Source of the DNA: Camelus ferus
Taxonomy: Eukaryota
Length of the DNA: 64,000 nucleotides
Direction of reading: 5' to 3'
Assembly (NCBI RefSeq): GCF_009834535.1
Contig: NC_045697.1
Span: 44,022,001-44,086,000, forward strand
The notes under the pieces were generated by a model. The model was not told where the DNA came from, did no database searches, and saw nothing but the letters and a program-made list of their open reading frames with translations. The translations under genes and the position numbers were made by a program. The first letter of the stretch is position 1. Each line of letters opens with the position of its first letter. This document shows positions 1 through 15,149 of this stretch, one piece after another.

Positions 1-219
<219 letters not shown>

Positions 220-316
220 TCAAAAAGCAAAAAATAAAAGAATTTCTAATATATAACAGCATTCATCAGATATTCTGGAGCATCTTAATATAGTAGGATT
301 CTCTAATACAAAATTA

Positions 317-577
<261 letters not shown>

Positions 578-2329
578 TTATACATATTCTGTTAATATAA
601 AGGAGTCAATCTTTATACTGCATTATATTATATAAATAAGCTAAAAAAATTCAGAATTCTTATTGAGTTTTTGTTATTTTTAATCATTGTTCATATTTTA
701 TTTTAGCTTCTTCTAATCCTCAGATAATCTCACAAGACAAAGATCTTTAAAAAAAAAAAAAAAAGCCCAGTTCAGGGATATGCTATATACTACTGGGGGC
801 ACTATAAACATGTATAACCAACCCATAAAACAATTTGGAAAATACTCTCCAACCATCCCTTGAATCCTTTAAAATGCTTATACTCTTTATCTACTGTGTT
901 TTACCTCTAAAAAATAAATCCTAAAAAAAAAAAAAAACCATGGATATACACACATTTGTATGTACAGAATATTCATTTGTAAGGTTATTCATAAATAAAT
1001 GCAAAAGAAAAAAAATTGAAATCACCCATAATGATATTTACAGTATCAATTAAGTTATGGTACATAAAGATGGTAGATACTATACAATTATTATAATTAC
1101 TTTTGATAATAGTCACGATGCAGTTTTGCTAAGTGAAAAAACTGAATAAAACATATAAAACACCATTAAAGTGCATTTCTATACACATGTATCATGAGAT
1201 AATAGCAATTATCTCTAGGTGATGAGATTACAGGTGGTTTTCATTTTCTTCTTAATCCCAATGGTCACATTTCATGCAAGAAATGCATAACACTCTACAT
1301 AATTCAAAACTCACATAATTTAATTCTCACAAAAAAATTCTCTTTACTAGCAAAAGTGGTGCCACCATGTGGCAAGAATAGAATTTACAACTGATTTAGC
1401 CCCAGTTTTGAAATTCTTTACCTCTTAAATGTTTTATATTAATTCACATTTTTCCAAAAGTCATATATTATTACTATTTCGTATTGTATTACTTCCATTC
1501 ACAACACCAATTTACATAAACTGCTAAAAATAGCACCATACTTTCCTGCATTTTCAAATTTTATGCCAAGTATATCTATTACTTTCATAATCAGAATGAA
1601 CCATTTTTTAAAGATACAAGTTCTCAATAAATTATCCAAATCCCTTTTACTTTAATTTGTTTAGAAAACTACTAAGTTTTCAGTTCTTTGGTATCCTTAC
1701 AGATAATGTTACAATACTCTCAAAATGATACTACCACTGCAAAGAACAATAACTAATTTTATATTTATTTCAACCACCAATGAAAATAAATCATTTGCTT
1801 TGTGCTAGGGAGAAAGTGCTCTAGACAGAATAAGATCAAAGCTATTAAGAAAGTCCCTAGCCTTTTCAAACCATCAAAGGAAAAAATCAAATTAATAAGA
1901 GGCCTTAGCAAAATTCAACATGTACATCTGAAGGTTTTTTCATATCCTGGTTGCTTTTTCAAGGAACATTACTGCCTAACAATTTCATAAATGCACCTGA
2001 AGTAGTATCTGCCTTATAATCACAAATATTAATGACGACAAAAAAGAAACCTTCATGGACCTGGTAAAAGAGAAGTAGCTGAAAACATTTAGGTCATTCA
2101 CAGTTGGTATTTTTATACTTGCCAACTGAAAGAGGAAGTGTGCTTAATGATACACCCATGAGTTTCACACCTTTCGTCCTTCTTGTACTATATACTTTGG
2201 AGTATTTCATAAGAACTATAAATATTTTTCAAAATACTTATCAAAGGTAAGATTGCCTGAATAAGAGTTACAAACTATCATCCTAATTTTTTCTAATTGT
2301 TTTTCCATCTCATTTTCTCTAGTATCTCA

Positions 2330-4560
2330 AACCCAACAATCCATTGACCCCATTGTGACACCAAATACTGATACTATAATATTGCTACTGTATTTCTCCC
2401 CTTAAAGGCCTCACCTCCCTCCTTACCTAGCTTAACTCCTATGGTCAACATTACAATCATTGAATTGCATATGCATCCATCTCTCTTGTTCTTCTCATGC
2501 TGTCATACCTTTGGGGCAAAATCGTAACGCTGATTAAGCCTAAGAGTTCACCCACTCCTTTCCTGCAATCATGGAGCTGAACTCTGATGGAGAAAAACAC
2601 CCAACTAATCTGACTGATCTCATTTTAATGACTACAATCTTCAATTGAGCCCTTAATGCTGCCAAGTATACTACATATTCCTAGTCCACTCACTGTCCCA
2701 CTCTCCTAGAGAACTTTTTCTGATATTCTTGTAGCTTTTCAAACTCACAACTCCAACCACCCCCAACACTTCGAGCTGACGACTCTGACTCCAACTTTAC
2801 TGGGGACACCGAAGCAATCAGGGCACTCAGACCAACGTTACCACCACGTTACTAATGCCTGCACCCACACACCCTATGTTCCTGGCTGTTACTGTAGATC
2901 ACTCGGGGCTATTCTGCCCACCAGGGAACACGCAGCAATGTCTAGTCATTTTTGATTGTCACAACTGGGAGTGGTGGTGCTACCGGCACCTAGTGAGTAG
3001 AGACCCATGATGCTGCTAAACATCCTCCAACACACAGGACAGTCTCCACAATAAATTATCCATTCTAAAATGCCAACAGTGCCAAGAAAGTCTGAGAAAG
3101 TCTGCCATAAACGAACTATCAATGCTCCTATCTAAAGCCTATCCCTCCACTAGATTCTTTCCCCTCTAGTCTACTTCTGCAAGAATCCCCTCTATTTTCC
3201 ACTGAATTATAAAAGAAAAAACAATCTCAGCCTAACCTCTGCTGTCATCTTCTACCCCATTACTCTGCTCCCTTTTATGAAAACTTCACCAAAGAGTTGC
3301 CCATGCTCACCATCTCCAATTCTTCTCTTCCTATTCTCTTTTAGACAACTCCAATCAGGCTTTCACTCTCACCATTTCACCAAAACAGCTTTAGTCAAGG
3401 TCACCAATGACCTCCATGTACTGGCTCTTATGGTTAACTTTCAACTTCTCATCTTACTTTACTATCAACACCACGCTGATCACTTACTCCTTCTTGACAC
3501 ATTTTCCTCCTTTGGCTTCTAAGATAGCACACTCCACATTCTTCTGGTTTCCTTCTTACCTCAATGGACCTCTTCACGTCCAAGTGCTTAGTGCTCAGTC
3601 GTCTACCTGTATTCCCTCCCCTGGAGATCCCATCCACTCTAAAGGCTTTAAATTCCATCTACACGTCAGTAACTTCCAAGTGTACATCTCTAGTCCAGAC
3701 CTCTCTCCTCAACTCTAGACTAACATATTCAACTCCCCAGTAAATATCTCCACTCAGTTATCACATGTCAGAAACAGAACTCTTGAGCTTCCCTCAAAAC
3801 CTCTCCTTTACCACTAAGTAGATAGCAACTCCATTTTTCTAGTGATTCAGACCCAGAATCAAGACTTAACTTGGCTGCTCTTCTTATACTTCATATCCAA
3901 GCTGTCAGGAAATCCTTAGCTTTACCTTAAAAACATAGCCAGAATCCAAAATTTCTTACGTCTCCATCTCACCTGCAGTAGTGTATAAGCCTCTTAACTA
4001 ACGTTCCCTACTTCTATCATTGCATACCCATAGTTTATTCTCAACTCAGTAGTTAGGATGATTTTTTTAAAATACAAGTCAGATCATGTCAGCCCTCTGT
4101 ACAAAATCCTCCAGTGGCTCCCCCTCATTTCACTGAGAAAAAAGCCAAAGGCCTTACAACGGAATACAAGACCCCACAAAATCTGGTCCCCAGTACTCTC
4201 TGATCTCACCCTCTATCGCTCTCCTCTCTGCTCACTCCACTCCACCCACAATGGTCTCCTTGCTCATCTTAAAATACTCCAAGCAGGCTCCCATGTTAGG
4301 GCCTTTCCAATAGCCATCCTCTCTAAGAGGTTCTACTGACACTCTTCCTTCAGACAGCTCATGGTCACTCCCTTACCTCCTTCAAGTGTCTGAGAAGGTA
4401 TCAGGACCCCTCTACCACTCCAATCACTCCATCTAATGGTACATCCTACCCCCAACTTTGCCCCTTTCCTTTTCTCCATAGTACTTATCACCTTCTAACA
4501 CAGTACAAAATTTATTTATTTATTAAGTTGTTCATTGTTTGTTTTCTGCACTAGAATATA
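2330..4560 (+). mobile_element. Long decayed L2 LINE fragment
   Basis: Typical L2 phrases (ccaatcaggctttcactc...caaggtcaccaatgacctccatgt; tccaagtgtacatctctagtccagacctctctcct; cactagaatataag). Boundaries approximate. Confidence 0.75.
2895..3105. mobile_element. MER20-like hAT-Charlie element nested in L2
   Basis: gcaatgtctagtcatttttgattgtcacaactggg...gatgctgctaaacatcct...aaaatgccaacagtgccaag resembles the recalled MER20 consensus. Confidence 0.8.
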
Positions 4561-4609
4561 AGGGAAAAAAGTAAGTGAACAATTATATATATCCATCCAA
4601 TATCCACTA

Positions 4610-4744
<135 letters not shown>

Positions 4745-5064
4745 TTAAATTATTTCAACTGATATTAGTAACTAATTAAAATAAATAGATAATAATCTAT
4801 TGTGACAATGCTCTCATTCAACATATTAAGCAGGCAAGTAAATAATAAAAGTTTACCTAGCCCATCCAAATTTTTCTATGAATTTTGCATTCATAGAATA
4901 TCAAAATAGTGACCTGAAATAACACATTTCTGCAGTGCGGATTGTGGCAATAATTTAGTTTAAATATTAAGTTTTGCTTTTATGTCACTGCATATATAAT
5001 GCTGGAGTTCTCCTATGTTCTCAGCCTATTTCACAATTTTATCGATCTTAAAAAGTTGTCTCCA

Positions 5065-5192
5065 GGGGAGGGTATAGCTCAAGTATTAGAGTGCATGCTT
5101 AGCATGCATGAGGTCCTGGGTTCAATCCCCAGTACTTCCTCTAAAAATAAATAAATAAGTAAACCTAATTGCCTCCCCCACAAAAAAAAAAA
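5065..5192 (+). mobile_element. tRNA-Ala-derived SINE (camelid Vic-1-type)
   Basis: GGGGAGGGTATAGCTCAAGT head, B-box GGTTCAATCC, A-rich tail, ttgtct on both flanks. Confidence 0.9.
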
Positions 5193-5584
5193 TTGTCTGA
5201 AGAACATTTGCTTCATAAAACCAAACTGTACTATATGAGCAAATGTTAGCTGGACTTAAAACATAATCAATATTTATTTGACTTTACATTGTAAAATGCT
5301 GTTTGACACACTATTTGTAAAAATGAAATTGAATTATTATCATCTTTAAAAATTCAACAGTATGTCTCAAAATAATTACTGCTATCTCAAGTTCAAAAAT
5401 CACTGCTCTAATAAGCCAATGTTTTATAACTATAAATGGAATATAACCTTTAAAAATTGTGAATCACTGTGCTGCAACCTGAAACTTACATAATATTGTA
5501 CATCAACTATAGCTCAGTTTTTTAAAAAAATCACATAATAAACAGATTCCTAAAAAACAAAACAAAACAAAAATCAATGCTCTA

Positions 5585-5749
<165 letters not shown>

Positions 5750-7359
5750 TTAAAAAAGTAAGAGATAAGAAAACATGAGTAACTTACACATTTTCATTAA
5801 GCAATCAATCTTTACCTAAAATTAAAACTAAAAACAATGTATATTAGTATACCCTTCAATGCATTATTCAGGGATTTACACACCCCTATGACCTTACATT
5901 ATAGGACCAGTTTTCCTTATGCTAAATTATTTAATTATATAATGACTACATCAAAACAGTAAAAATACCACAGCTTTTCTAAGAAACAGAAGTGGTTGAG
6001 AAAAAGTTTTAACAGTTGAGAATTTTATATCATTCCTTTCTCTTCTTTACTTTTCTACAGATTGAACATACAGACACACCTACATTTTTATTTATGTTCT
6101 TATATTCCACTGAGCTACAATAAAGAGCTAAAGAAGAAACAGTAAAATAATTGTCATGAAATTTAAACAAAGCGAGTAATGATAGTTACCACCACTTGTA
6201 CTTTCTCAATAAAGACAACAAATAAGAACTAGATGCACAGACTTATTTAATGACACTGTTTATAAACATTTATAAATTTATAAACATTACGATACATGAT
6301 TAAGGATAAAAACTGTGGAGCCACACTACTTCCAAACACTCCTGATTACACGCCCTCAGACAAGAAACTTAACTTCTCTGTGCTTCTTCCTCTTCTGCAA
6401 AACATGGCCAAGGCTGCTGTGAAGCTTAATGCAATACACATAACTTATGCAATATACATAAAGCACTTTAAACAATACCTAGTGCATAGCACTCAACAAA
6501 TGTAAGTTATTATTATCACTATTATTACATTTCAGAAAACGTTGTCATGCTTATGAACCACTCCTTGGATAAATTAAGTTTACATCAGTAGTTACTGGGG
6601 AAATAAATGATGGTTCAGAACCATTCAGTTGACATAAATGATTTTAACAGTAGACTGCTTTTTTTAGTGGTTCATTGAACTCACAATTTATATAAAGATC
6701 AAAAGTTATAAGAAGCACTATTCTTTTGCTACGAAGTGCAAAGTTCTCAATAAAGCCACTCCTAAGGGTTTTTCTGAAACCACTGCCAGTTCGTCTCACA
6801 TTATTACAGGCCCCAATTTTTTGAGGCAGTAACTTATAGGTCTTGTAACTAACCAGTTTATAATACATAAATTGGAATTGGATGATACTGGATGTGATTG
6901 AGAAAATGGTTTCATGACAAGTGCCATTAGGTACCTGTAACTGCTAGAAAGAAATTACTACACAAATTAGCACTTCCCAGGGAAATATAAGTAACTAAGA
7001 ACTGTAAATCAGAAAACCTAGTTTCTAGTCTAGGTTCTGCCACTGACTAGTTGAATGTCCTTGGAAAAAAGTCACTAATCCTGAGACTCATTTTACAGTA
7101 CACTTTGTAGGGCTATCTATACCTATACTATTAGTCACAGGGTTATGACAAGGAGCCTGTGTGATGGATAATGTGTGCGAAAGTACACGGTAAACTATAA
7201 AGCACTATCAAGTATCATTAACATTGTGAACAAAGAATAAATTCCCACCTGAGTTTTGAGCAATTTTCAAGATAACTGGATATGTTTAAGGTCAAGGAGT
7301 GGAGAGAGTGTCTTGAAGTATGGAAATGTCTAGTTCCCATTCAAAAGAACTGTTCTTAG

Positions 7360-7590
7360 CATTAATAACAGCTAACACTTATCTAGCATTTATCATATGC
7401 CAGGTACTGTTCCAAGTACTTTATTATATATACTAACTCATTTAATCTCCCAACAATTCTACAGAGTAGCTATCACATTCCTATTTTATAGACAAGGAAA
7501 AGGAGGCACAAAGAGGTTACCTAAGATCACACAGCAAATAAAATAGCAGACCAGGATTTGAATCCAGACTGTTCTCTTTGTCATCATGCT
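7360..7590 (-). mobile_element. MIR SINE
   Basis: cctattttatagacaaggaaaaggaggcacaaagaggtt...aagatcacacagc...aggatttgaatccag is the MIR core. Confidence 0.75.
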
Positions 7591-7811
7591 ATATCGTCTC
7601 TCATCAGTTACTCTATCAGTAACTGTATAAAAACCTTAACTGCAAATGTAACAATGTCTTCACAGTTCATTGAAAAACAATCAAGTATCAAGTTGTAAAT
7701 AGTATAAGTTCTAAAACCAATCTCAACGTATATTTAATTTAATCTCAATGTAAATTATAATGAAAATTTGATATAAAACAAGGCGTGAACAAGTTTTAAA
7801 GTCCTATCTCA

Positions 7812-8033
<222 letters not shown>

Positions 8034-9929
8034 CTAGTTTGTGGTTTTCTTTATAGAACATCATAGATTTTTTTTTTAAGTTTCCAGTCTATCACAAGAA
8101 ACACAAAGCCTATAATTCAAAGTTCCACTTCTAGTTTTCTTTACAGTATACCACAATTTTTTAGGTTTTCAAGTCCATCACAAAAAGTGAGTCTATAGGT
8201 TACTGGATCTGAGGTGCCACTTTTTCTTGAAAGCTTTAGTTTTAAATTTTAAATGTTAATTTTCTTTCAAATGTCTCAAAAAATAAGCTATATTTCCTTC
8301 ACTTATGTGTTATACAGACACACAAGAAAGTTATTTGAGGTGTCCTAGAACCTTTTCCTTGTGGACCTAATGAATCTTAGGTTATTAACAATAGAATGAT
8401 GTTGACTAGGCAATGAAGCCAAGTATCAGAGATTAAATGTCTTAGTGTATACAAAATAAACTCCACCACGCCCAGTGTACTGACAGAACATTCTTTATGC
8501 TGTCAGTCAGTGCCTATCAATTCTTTATTTGCATTCAGTTCTAATAACTGTTCTGCTAATATTCATGATCACATGAGATTCAAATCAGCATTCTTAAAAT
8601 GATGGGGAAATGCTAAAAACAAGGACAATACCAATTATTAGGGAATGGCAAATTCCTTCCTAAACTGTAAACTCCATGAAGACAGGGAATTTTGTTTGTT
8701 TTGGTCACTACTGTATACATAATGCCTAGAATAGTACTTGGCACATCATAAGCACTCAAACACATAACAGGGTTAGTAACATTTTAATTCTTAAATTGAG
8801 TAGTTGGTACATGAGTATTACACTATTCTTTACCCCGTTTGTCTGTCTCAATCATAATATTTATTAAAAGCATTAGTTAATGTATTTTATAAACCTAATT
8901 GCAATTATTCAGAACATCATCCAGAATACAGTCAAGAAATAAAAATATACAAATAGGGCCCAAATTCATTCAAATTTATGATGTATATTTGTAGGGCACA
9001 CTCTCAAGCTACAATTCGGCACTTACTGATTCTCATCTTATACATTATTCTCAAAGCCATTATATTTCTCAAAACCACAATGAATCAAACTGACTTTGAT
9101 ATACTGACAGAAAAGGTACACTGACAGAAAAGACAGCAAACTCCAAAAGAAGAGACAAACTATTCCAAGAAAGCAAGGAAATATTATCAAGCTTTAAAAT
9201 AAAAATTGTTATTTTTAAAATTGCTACATTTAAGGAATAAAATTCAGTTATCTAAAAAATCATTTACAGAGACTATCTCATTCTCTCTATATATACACAT
9301 ATATACACATATGCACATATATTTTCCATATCTATATTTATATATTTACTTTATTGTCCTCGGCATGGTTTTAGTTAATATATTCAAAGGTTTATCATTC
9401 CTTTTTTGGATTGGATTACTTTTCTTATTCAGATCAAGAATAATAGCTATATCCTCTTACTCTTACATGGCCATAGGTTATTTTATACTAATAATATTAT
9501 ATTCAAAGAGACAATGTCTCACAAAAATTTGCTAATAACTTAAGTTTTAATGTATAGTTTCATAACTTATCAATCACCTAATCTGCACTGGGAACACCAA
9601 AAAAAGAAAATCTAAAACAATGGAAAAGAGGGAAAAGTGACTGACGTGGAGAACATGACAAGTACCAGTATTTTTTTCCTTAAGAAATATTATGGAGGAA
9701 AATAAATTTAATTAATTAAGGCACCTTGCATCTGTCCTATCCATTTATCATCAAATGTTTATCGAAAATTGATTATCTACATAAACTAAAGTACAAGGTC
9801 AATTTCTGATTTCTTGGCACTTGAAAGAAATCTGAAGGTAAATAAAATATGTACACATGAAAATGTACCACAGTCACTATTTAGGATCAAAATGAGCAGA
9901 AGAGGTGTGTAGTCACAGATCTTTCACTT

Positions 9930-11030
9930 ACAGTAATGGTGACCTGGATGACCGGACCAGCCCTACTTCAAAAAAAAACAACATAAAAAGCTGAAAGAAA
10001 TGAAAAACAAAAAAAACAAAACAAAACAAAACTTTCAATAGCACAAAATCCTAACAAGAAAGAGTAAACAGAAGAGACTACAGGCACAAAGAGATGAACC
10101 ACAGCTTCTGCCTGAAAGCATTTGCTGACTGTGGAAAGACAGCAGAAAGGTAGAAAGAGGCACTTCCAGTGGGGCGGATGGAGCGGGCTCAGCTAGGCTC
10201 CAGGGTGTTCTGCCATCTGCTGGAAACACTGAGAGGCAAGCTGCAATTTCCAGCGGACTAATGAAACTAGAACAGGGATCTGGGGGGTTTCACCTGCCAA
10301 AGGAGGAAACACTAGCACTTTGGAAGTAAGGTTACAAATTCTATTCCAAGGATCATCTAGTAGGTAGACCAATAAATTTGGAAGCCTGGGTCCTAGACTG
10401 CTGGCACCTCAGGTGCCTGGCAGAAGGAAATGAAAATCCTCTCTGAAAGGTAACATCACAGGCCTCCAGTTGTTTCTAAAACTACATTTTAAAATAAATT
10501 GCCCAACATAGAAGATTACAAGGCACATGACAATATTAGCAAGAATCAACAAAAACAACAGACAATAGCAACAAACAGGGACTCCAGATAAGACTGAAGT
10601 ACACTTATGTTTATCAACTTTATAGAGAAAAAGACAAGCTTTAAAGTTTCAGCAACAAACTAAGAAACATAAAAAGTGTCATTTGAAGAAAGAATCACCA
10701 AAAAACTAAAGAACTAAAAAACACTACTACCAAACTTAAAACTCAGAGGAGTTCTTAACAGCCGACTAGACACATCTGAAGAACTGATTAACTAGAAAGC
10801 AGGTCAGAACTTATTCAGAATAAAGCACTGAAATGGAAAGTATAGAAGACAGGGTAAGGCACATAGAGGTCACAGTAAAAAGGCCTAACTAGGGTTTCAC
10901 TTGGGTCCTAGAGGAGAAAACAGAATGGGACAGAGGTAACATTTAAAGAGATATAGCTGAAAACCTCTCAGGACAATGAGAGGACGCAAGCCATTGTTTC
11001 AAGAAACAATGAAACTCAACCAGGATAATG
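9930..11030 (+). mobile_element. Ancient L1 5'/ORF1 remnant
   Basis: A-rich strand with ORF1-like phrases (aacagccgactagacacatctgaagaa; gagatatagctgaaaacctctc). Boundaries approximate. Confidence 0.55.
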
Positions 11031-11542
11031 GGGCAGAACATTTGCAAAAATTGGCCACAATTCTTTTACTCTCTGTATCTATGCCCCTTTGCAATGTGAC
11101 TTTGTAGCTCTTCACATTCAGTAGCATTTATTTCCCCACCCTTTGATGTGGGCTTGTTTTAGATCAACAGAATGCAGTAAAAGTAAAGTGCCTGTTCCAA
11201 GCCTAGATCTCAAGAGAATTTGTATCTGTCTTTATCTCTTGGAACCTGACTGTTGCCATATGAAGGAGTCCAGGACAATCTATTCGATAATGAGATATGC
11301 AGCCCACTCACCTCCACTGCTCCAGCCAACACACAAGCAGAATCTGACCTGCCTACCGGCCTGTAGCTGACTACAGACGCATATGGAGCCCATGTGGAAC
11401 CAAGACCACATGGAGTAGAGAAGAATCAACAAGCTGGGCCCAGCCCAAACTGCCAATCAAAAGAATGGTGAGCTAAATAAATTATTGCTTTGAGCCACTA
11501 AGTTCTGGGGTGGTTTATTTCAGAGCAAAAGCTAACTGACAT
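11030..11542 (+). mobile_element. MLT1-type (ERVL-MaLR) solo LTR
   Basis: cccctttgcaatgtgactttg...ttgctttgagccactaagttctggggtggtttatttcagagcaaaagctaactgaca. Confidence 0.75.
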
Positions 11543-12112
11543 AGATAAATAAAAACAAATCCACAGACACATCAAAACAAAGCTGCAGAAAATTAAATAC
11601 AAAATCTTAAAAACAGCTATGTGCTAAAATAATCTTTTAGAGGGGAGAAATAATTTCCTAATGAGGTTGATCTTTAAGCATTCTAAGTATCTGAACTTAG
11701 TATTAAGGGGGAAAGAGTAGGGGAAGACAGATATTCTAGGCAAAAAAAAAAAAAAAAGAAATCACGACCTGAAATGTAGTCCAGTTTGGTAAGACTAATG
11801 TAAGGCCAAAAGGTAGATGTGTTCAGAGTTAAGGGCTATGAGCCAAGCAGATAGACTGTATTCTGGCTTTGTCACTAGCTATGTGACCTCGGAGCTAAAT
11901 ATTTCACCTCTGCACTTCAGTTTTCTCATACGTAATGTAAATAGTATCACCTACTGTTAAGGATTTTAAAATGTAAGTAAAGTTGTGCTTGGCATGTGAT
12001 AATTTCACACTCTTCCCTGGGAACCATTGAAACTTGTGTGTGGAAATAAAAGAGACCCAGAGAATCTGAGTGAGAAGGGGACTTTGAGGTTATACAGTCT
12101 GACCTCAGTTTT

Positions 12113-12137
12113 GTGTGTGTGTGTGTGTGTGTGTGTG
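12113..12137. repeat. (GT)n microsatellite
   Basis: Directly visible, about 12 units. Confidence 0.95.
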
Positions 12138-13309
12138 CCCTCTATTTTTTGACAATTCTATTCCTGTCTATTATTAGAAAGCTCTGATCCAAAGTCTACC
12201 TCTGTGAGGTATAAAAATATATTTTCTTTTCTACAAAACAGCTTTTCTCATAGTCAAGGGTAGCTAAAAGGCCTTCCTCTAACTCCTTTCTCCAGATCAA
12301 CAGCTTTTTGTAAAAAGAAATGTTTAGATTTCAAAGGCCTGGTATTTCCCTCTGGTTTTTTTCCTCCATGCCACAGAACCGGAAAGGAAAAAAAAAAAAA
12401 AGTCCTATTTATATAGGATTAACTCAACAAAGACCTATAATCCATGACCTCAAACCTGCCCTCAAAGAGATTACATTCTAGTTGGAGAAGCAGAGATGCA
12501 AACAGACCAAACAATTAAGTGCTACATTAGAGGTAAATACAGGATGCCAGTTGGCATAGGAAGAGCAACTAACCAGGTCCTCTGTGTGTTGGTAGTTGTT
12601 CAGAGAAGGCTTTTTGTGAGAAATAACATCTGAATTGAATTCTGAAGAACCATGTATGTTTTAGCCAAGTGAAGAAGATAAGCAATCACAACAGCTATCT
12701 ACTCAAATGCTCTCAAGGCTTTTTACTCTTCTTCTAAAACTTTATATGAGATAATTAATACAATTCAAAATATGTACAAATGCAGTCTATATAACTTGCA
12801 AATAAGCTTCTCACATGGCTAATTTCTTTTATCAATTTTGGACTACTGTATTATCTCACAGTTACGGCAAAGCATTTCTAATTGAAGTTTTGACAAGAAA
12901 TGCCATATAGTCTAGTGGGTAAAAAAAATGAGCTTTTTAGGGTAGACAAAGCTGGTTACAAATATAAGCTTTGCACCCTTCCAGCTATTCACTGAGTCAG
13001 CCAGTAGCATCAATATTTTAAAAAGGAATTTACTCCATAATTTCTTAATATGGAATCCCCCATTACTCAGCTCCTAACATAAACCCTATAACCACTGATA
13101 TATTTCAAGATTACTTATCTCGTAAGTACATACCTTATATCACGTAGCTGGCAGAACTGTTTTATTATGAAAATAAATACGACACATTCGTGTCCAGATA
13201 AGACCAGATATGCATCTACAGGCAAGGCCAAGACTTTCCTCAGAAAGCACTGGCTATCAGTTATCAAGCACATTATTTCATTTAATCTTCACAACAACCC
13301 CATGTAGAT

Positions 13310-13780
13310 TGCTGGCGTCCAATGAATTATGCCTCCCTCTGACCATGCCCCTCTGCAATGTAACTTGACCACTCTTTCCATAAAGAAGTAGACCCCATTT
13401 CCCTTCTCCTTGAATCTAGCCTGGTCCTGTGACTTACTTTGACCAGTACTTGAGAACTGATGTCGTGAAACTTCCAAGGGTAGCCTTAAGAGGTCTTGCA
13501 GCTTCCACTCTCACCCTCTTGGAACACTCCCATGGCCCTGTAAGGAAGCCTCACTACTAAATCAGAGACAATGTGGAGAGAGACTGAGCCAACAGCCGAA
13601 TAAGTGAGTCCATGTTAGCCCCATCACCCCAGGTGAGCTGTCAGATGACTGCTCCTGTATGAGTGGGCCCAGACAAGACCAGCAAAGCAGCCCAGTCAAC
13701 CCAAAGAATCTTGAGAAATTATAGTTGTTTTATACCACTAAGTTCTTGATTTGTTACAGACCAATAAATAACTGAAGCAC
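13310..13780 (+). mobile_element. MLT1-type solo LTR
   Basis: ccttgaatctagcctggtcctgtgacttactttgacca...ccactaagttc...aataaataactgaagca. Confidence 0.75.
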
Positions 13781-15149
13781 CCAATAAGATAGATACTACT
13801 GTTTATCTGCAATTCAGAGCCGAGGAAGTAAATGCTAGCTTAAGTTCCAGAATTCTGCAAATACATTAAAACTATATCTCTTCTGATAGCTAATACAGAT
13901 TTTTCTTCAACAAAACAAAAAGGAGAAAGCAAGCACAGGAGAAAAAAAAAAGCCAGTTTTACTTTCATCCAAATCTATTCAAATTACATGCAAAAAAGGA
14001 TTGAGCCATGGGACACATTCAACTTATTTCCAACCCAGGGAATAAGTCAATATGCATTTGTTAATTGCTTAATAAAATAACAGTAACAATGACAATCTTG
14101 AGGTTCTAAGTGTCAGGCACTGTTCTAAGTGCTATGTGTGATAAAAGTGTATATGCAAACACATACTCATATGTTCCCAGACAGAATGAGTTCCATAATT
14201 ATACAATTTTCCTGAGAGGGAAATGGTCGCACAAAGTAGTTAAGCTCAAGATACACAGCTAAATTTCCCACTGATAAAAGTAGATTGCATTTACCACCAG
14301 ATGCACTACAGCCTACATAGAACAGTCAATGCTTCAACGTCCAGGTTAGAGCAGACATATCCTATGAATATAGATCAAAGTCATCTCAGCTGTCATGCTG
14401 TAAATAGGATCAACATGAAAAGCATACTTTAAACAGAATGCCTGTTCATTACAACAGAACAGCTCTCCGAAACCCACAGAGAAAACGGACAATTTATCTG
14501 TCTATGTATCTGTCTGTTTATCTATCTATAATTAACACTGTTGAATAACTGCTTGTAGGCCAGGCATATGTCACAAATTTTAAGTTGGAGTAGATCTAAG
14601 CCTTCTACGTAAATTCCGACAAAATTCCTAAACAATCCAGGTTCCTGCAAATATCGCTACTCTAGATATGCTGACCCACGTTATGGTGACATTCTGCCTA
14701 CGTGCCCTTCTTCAGAGTTGGTGGAGGAGACCGAGTATCCAAAACACAAGAACCTACAGAAGAAGATGGTTCGAGTGGTTCTGGACGACATGATAGCGGC
14801 CATACCTCCTCAGCCCCCGTCAGCCTCAAGAAGCCATCTCCCTGGCAAACTCTGCACCAAGATCCCAGAATACAAATTTCCCTCAATCAAAAAGAAAAGA
14901 AGAGAAAGTAGTGGAAAAGAGAGGACAGAATTCGGTGTGAGAGGCTGGCCAGAGAAGGGAAGGGGCATCAGGGAAGGCTTAGAAGGCCAAGAGAGCAGGC
15001 GTCCGAAAGACCGCGCTTCCAGAATCTTAAGGGACTGGAAAGGAGGCCACCAAAAATTGAGTAAGTTGACAGTCACCCCAGATCTATGGTCCCGAGGGCT
15101 CCCTGCACAAGGTCCCCTCCAGTTTTCTGCTGCTCCCAACATCTGCCTT

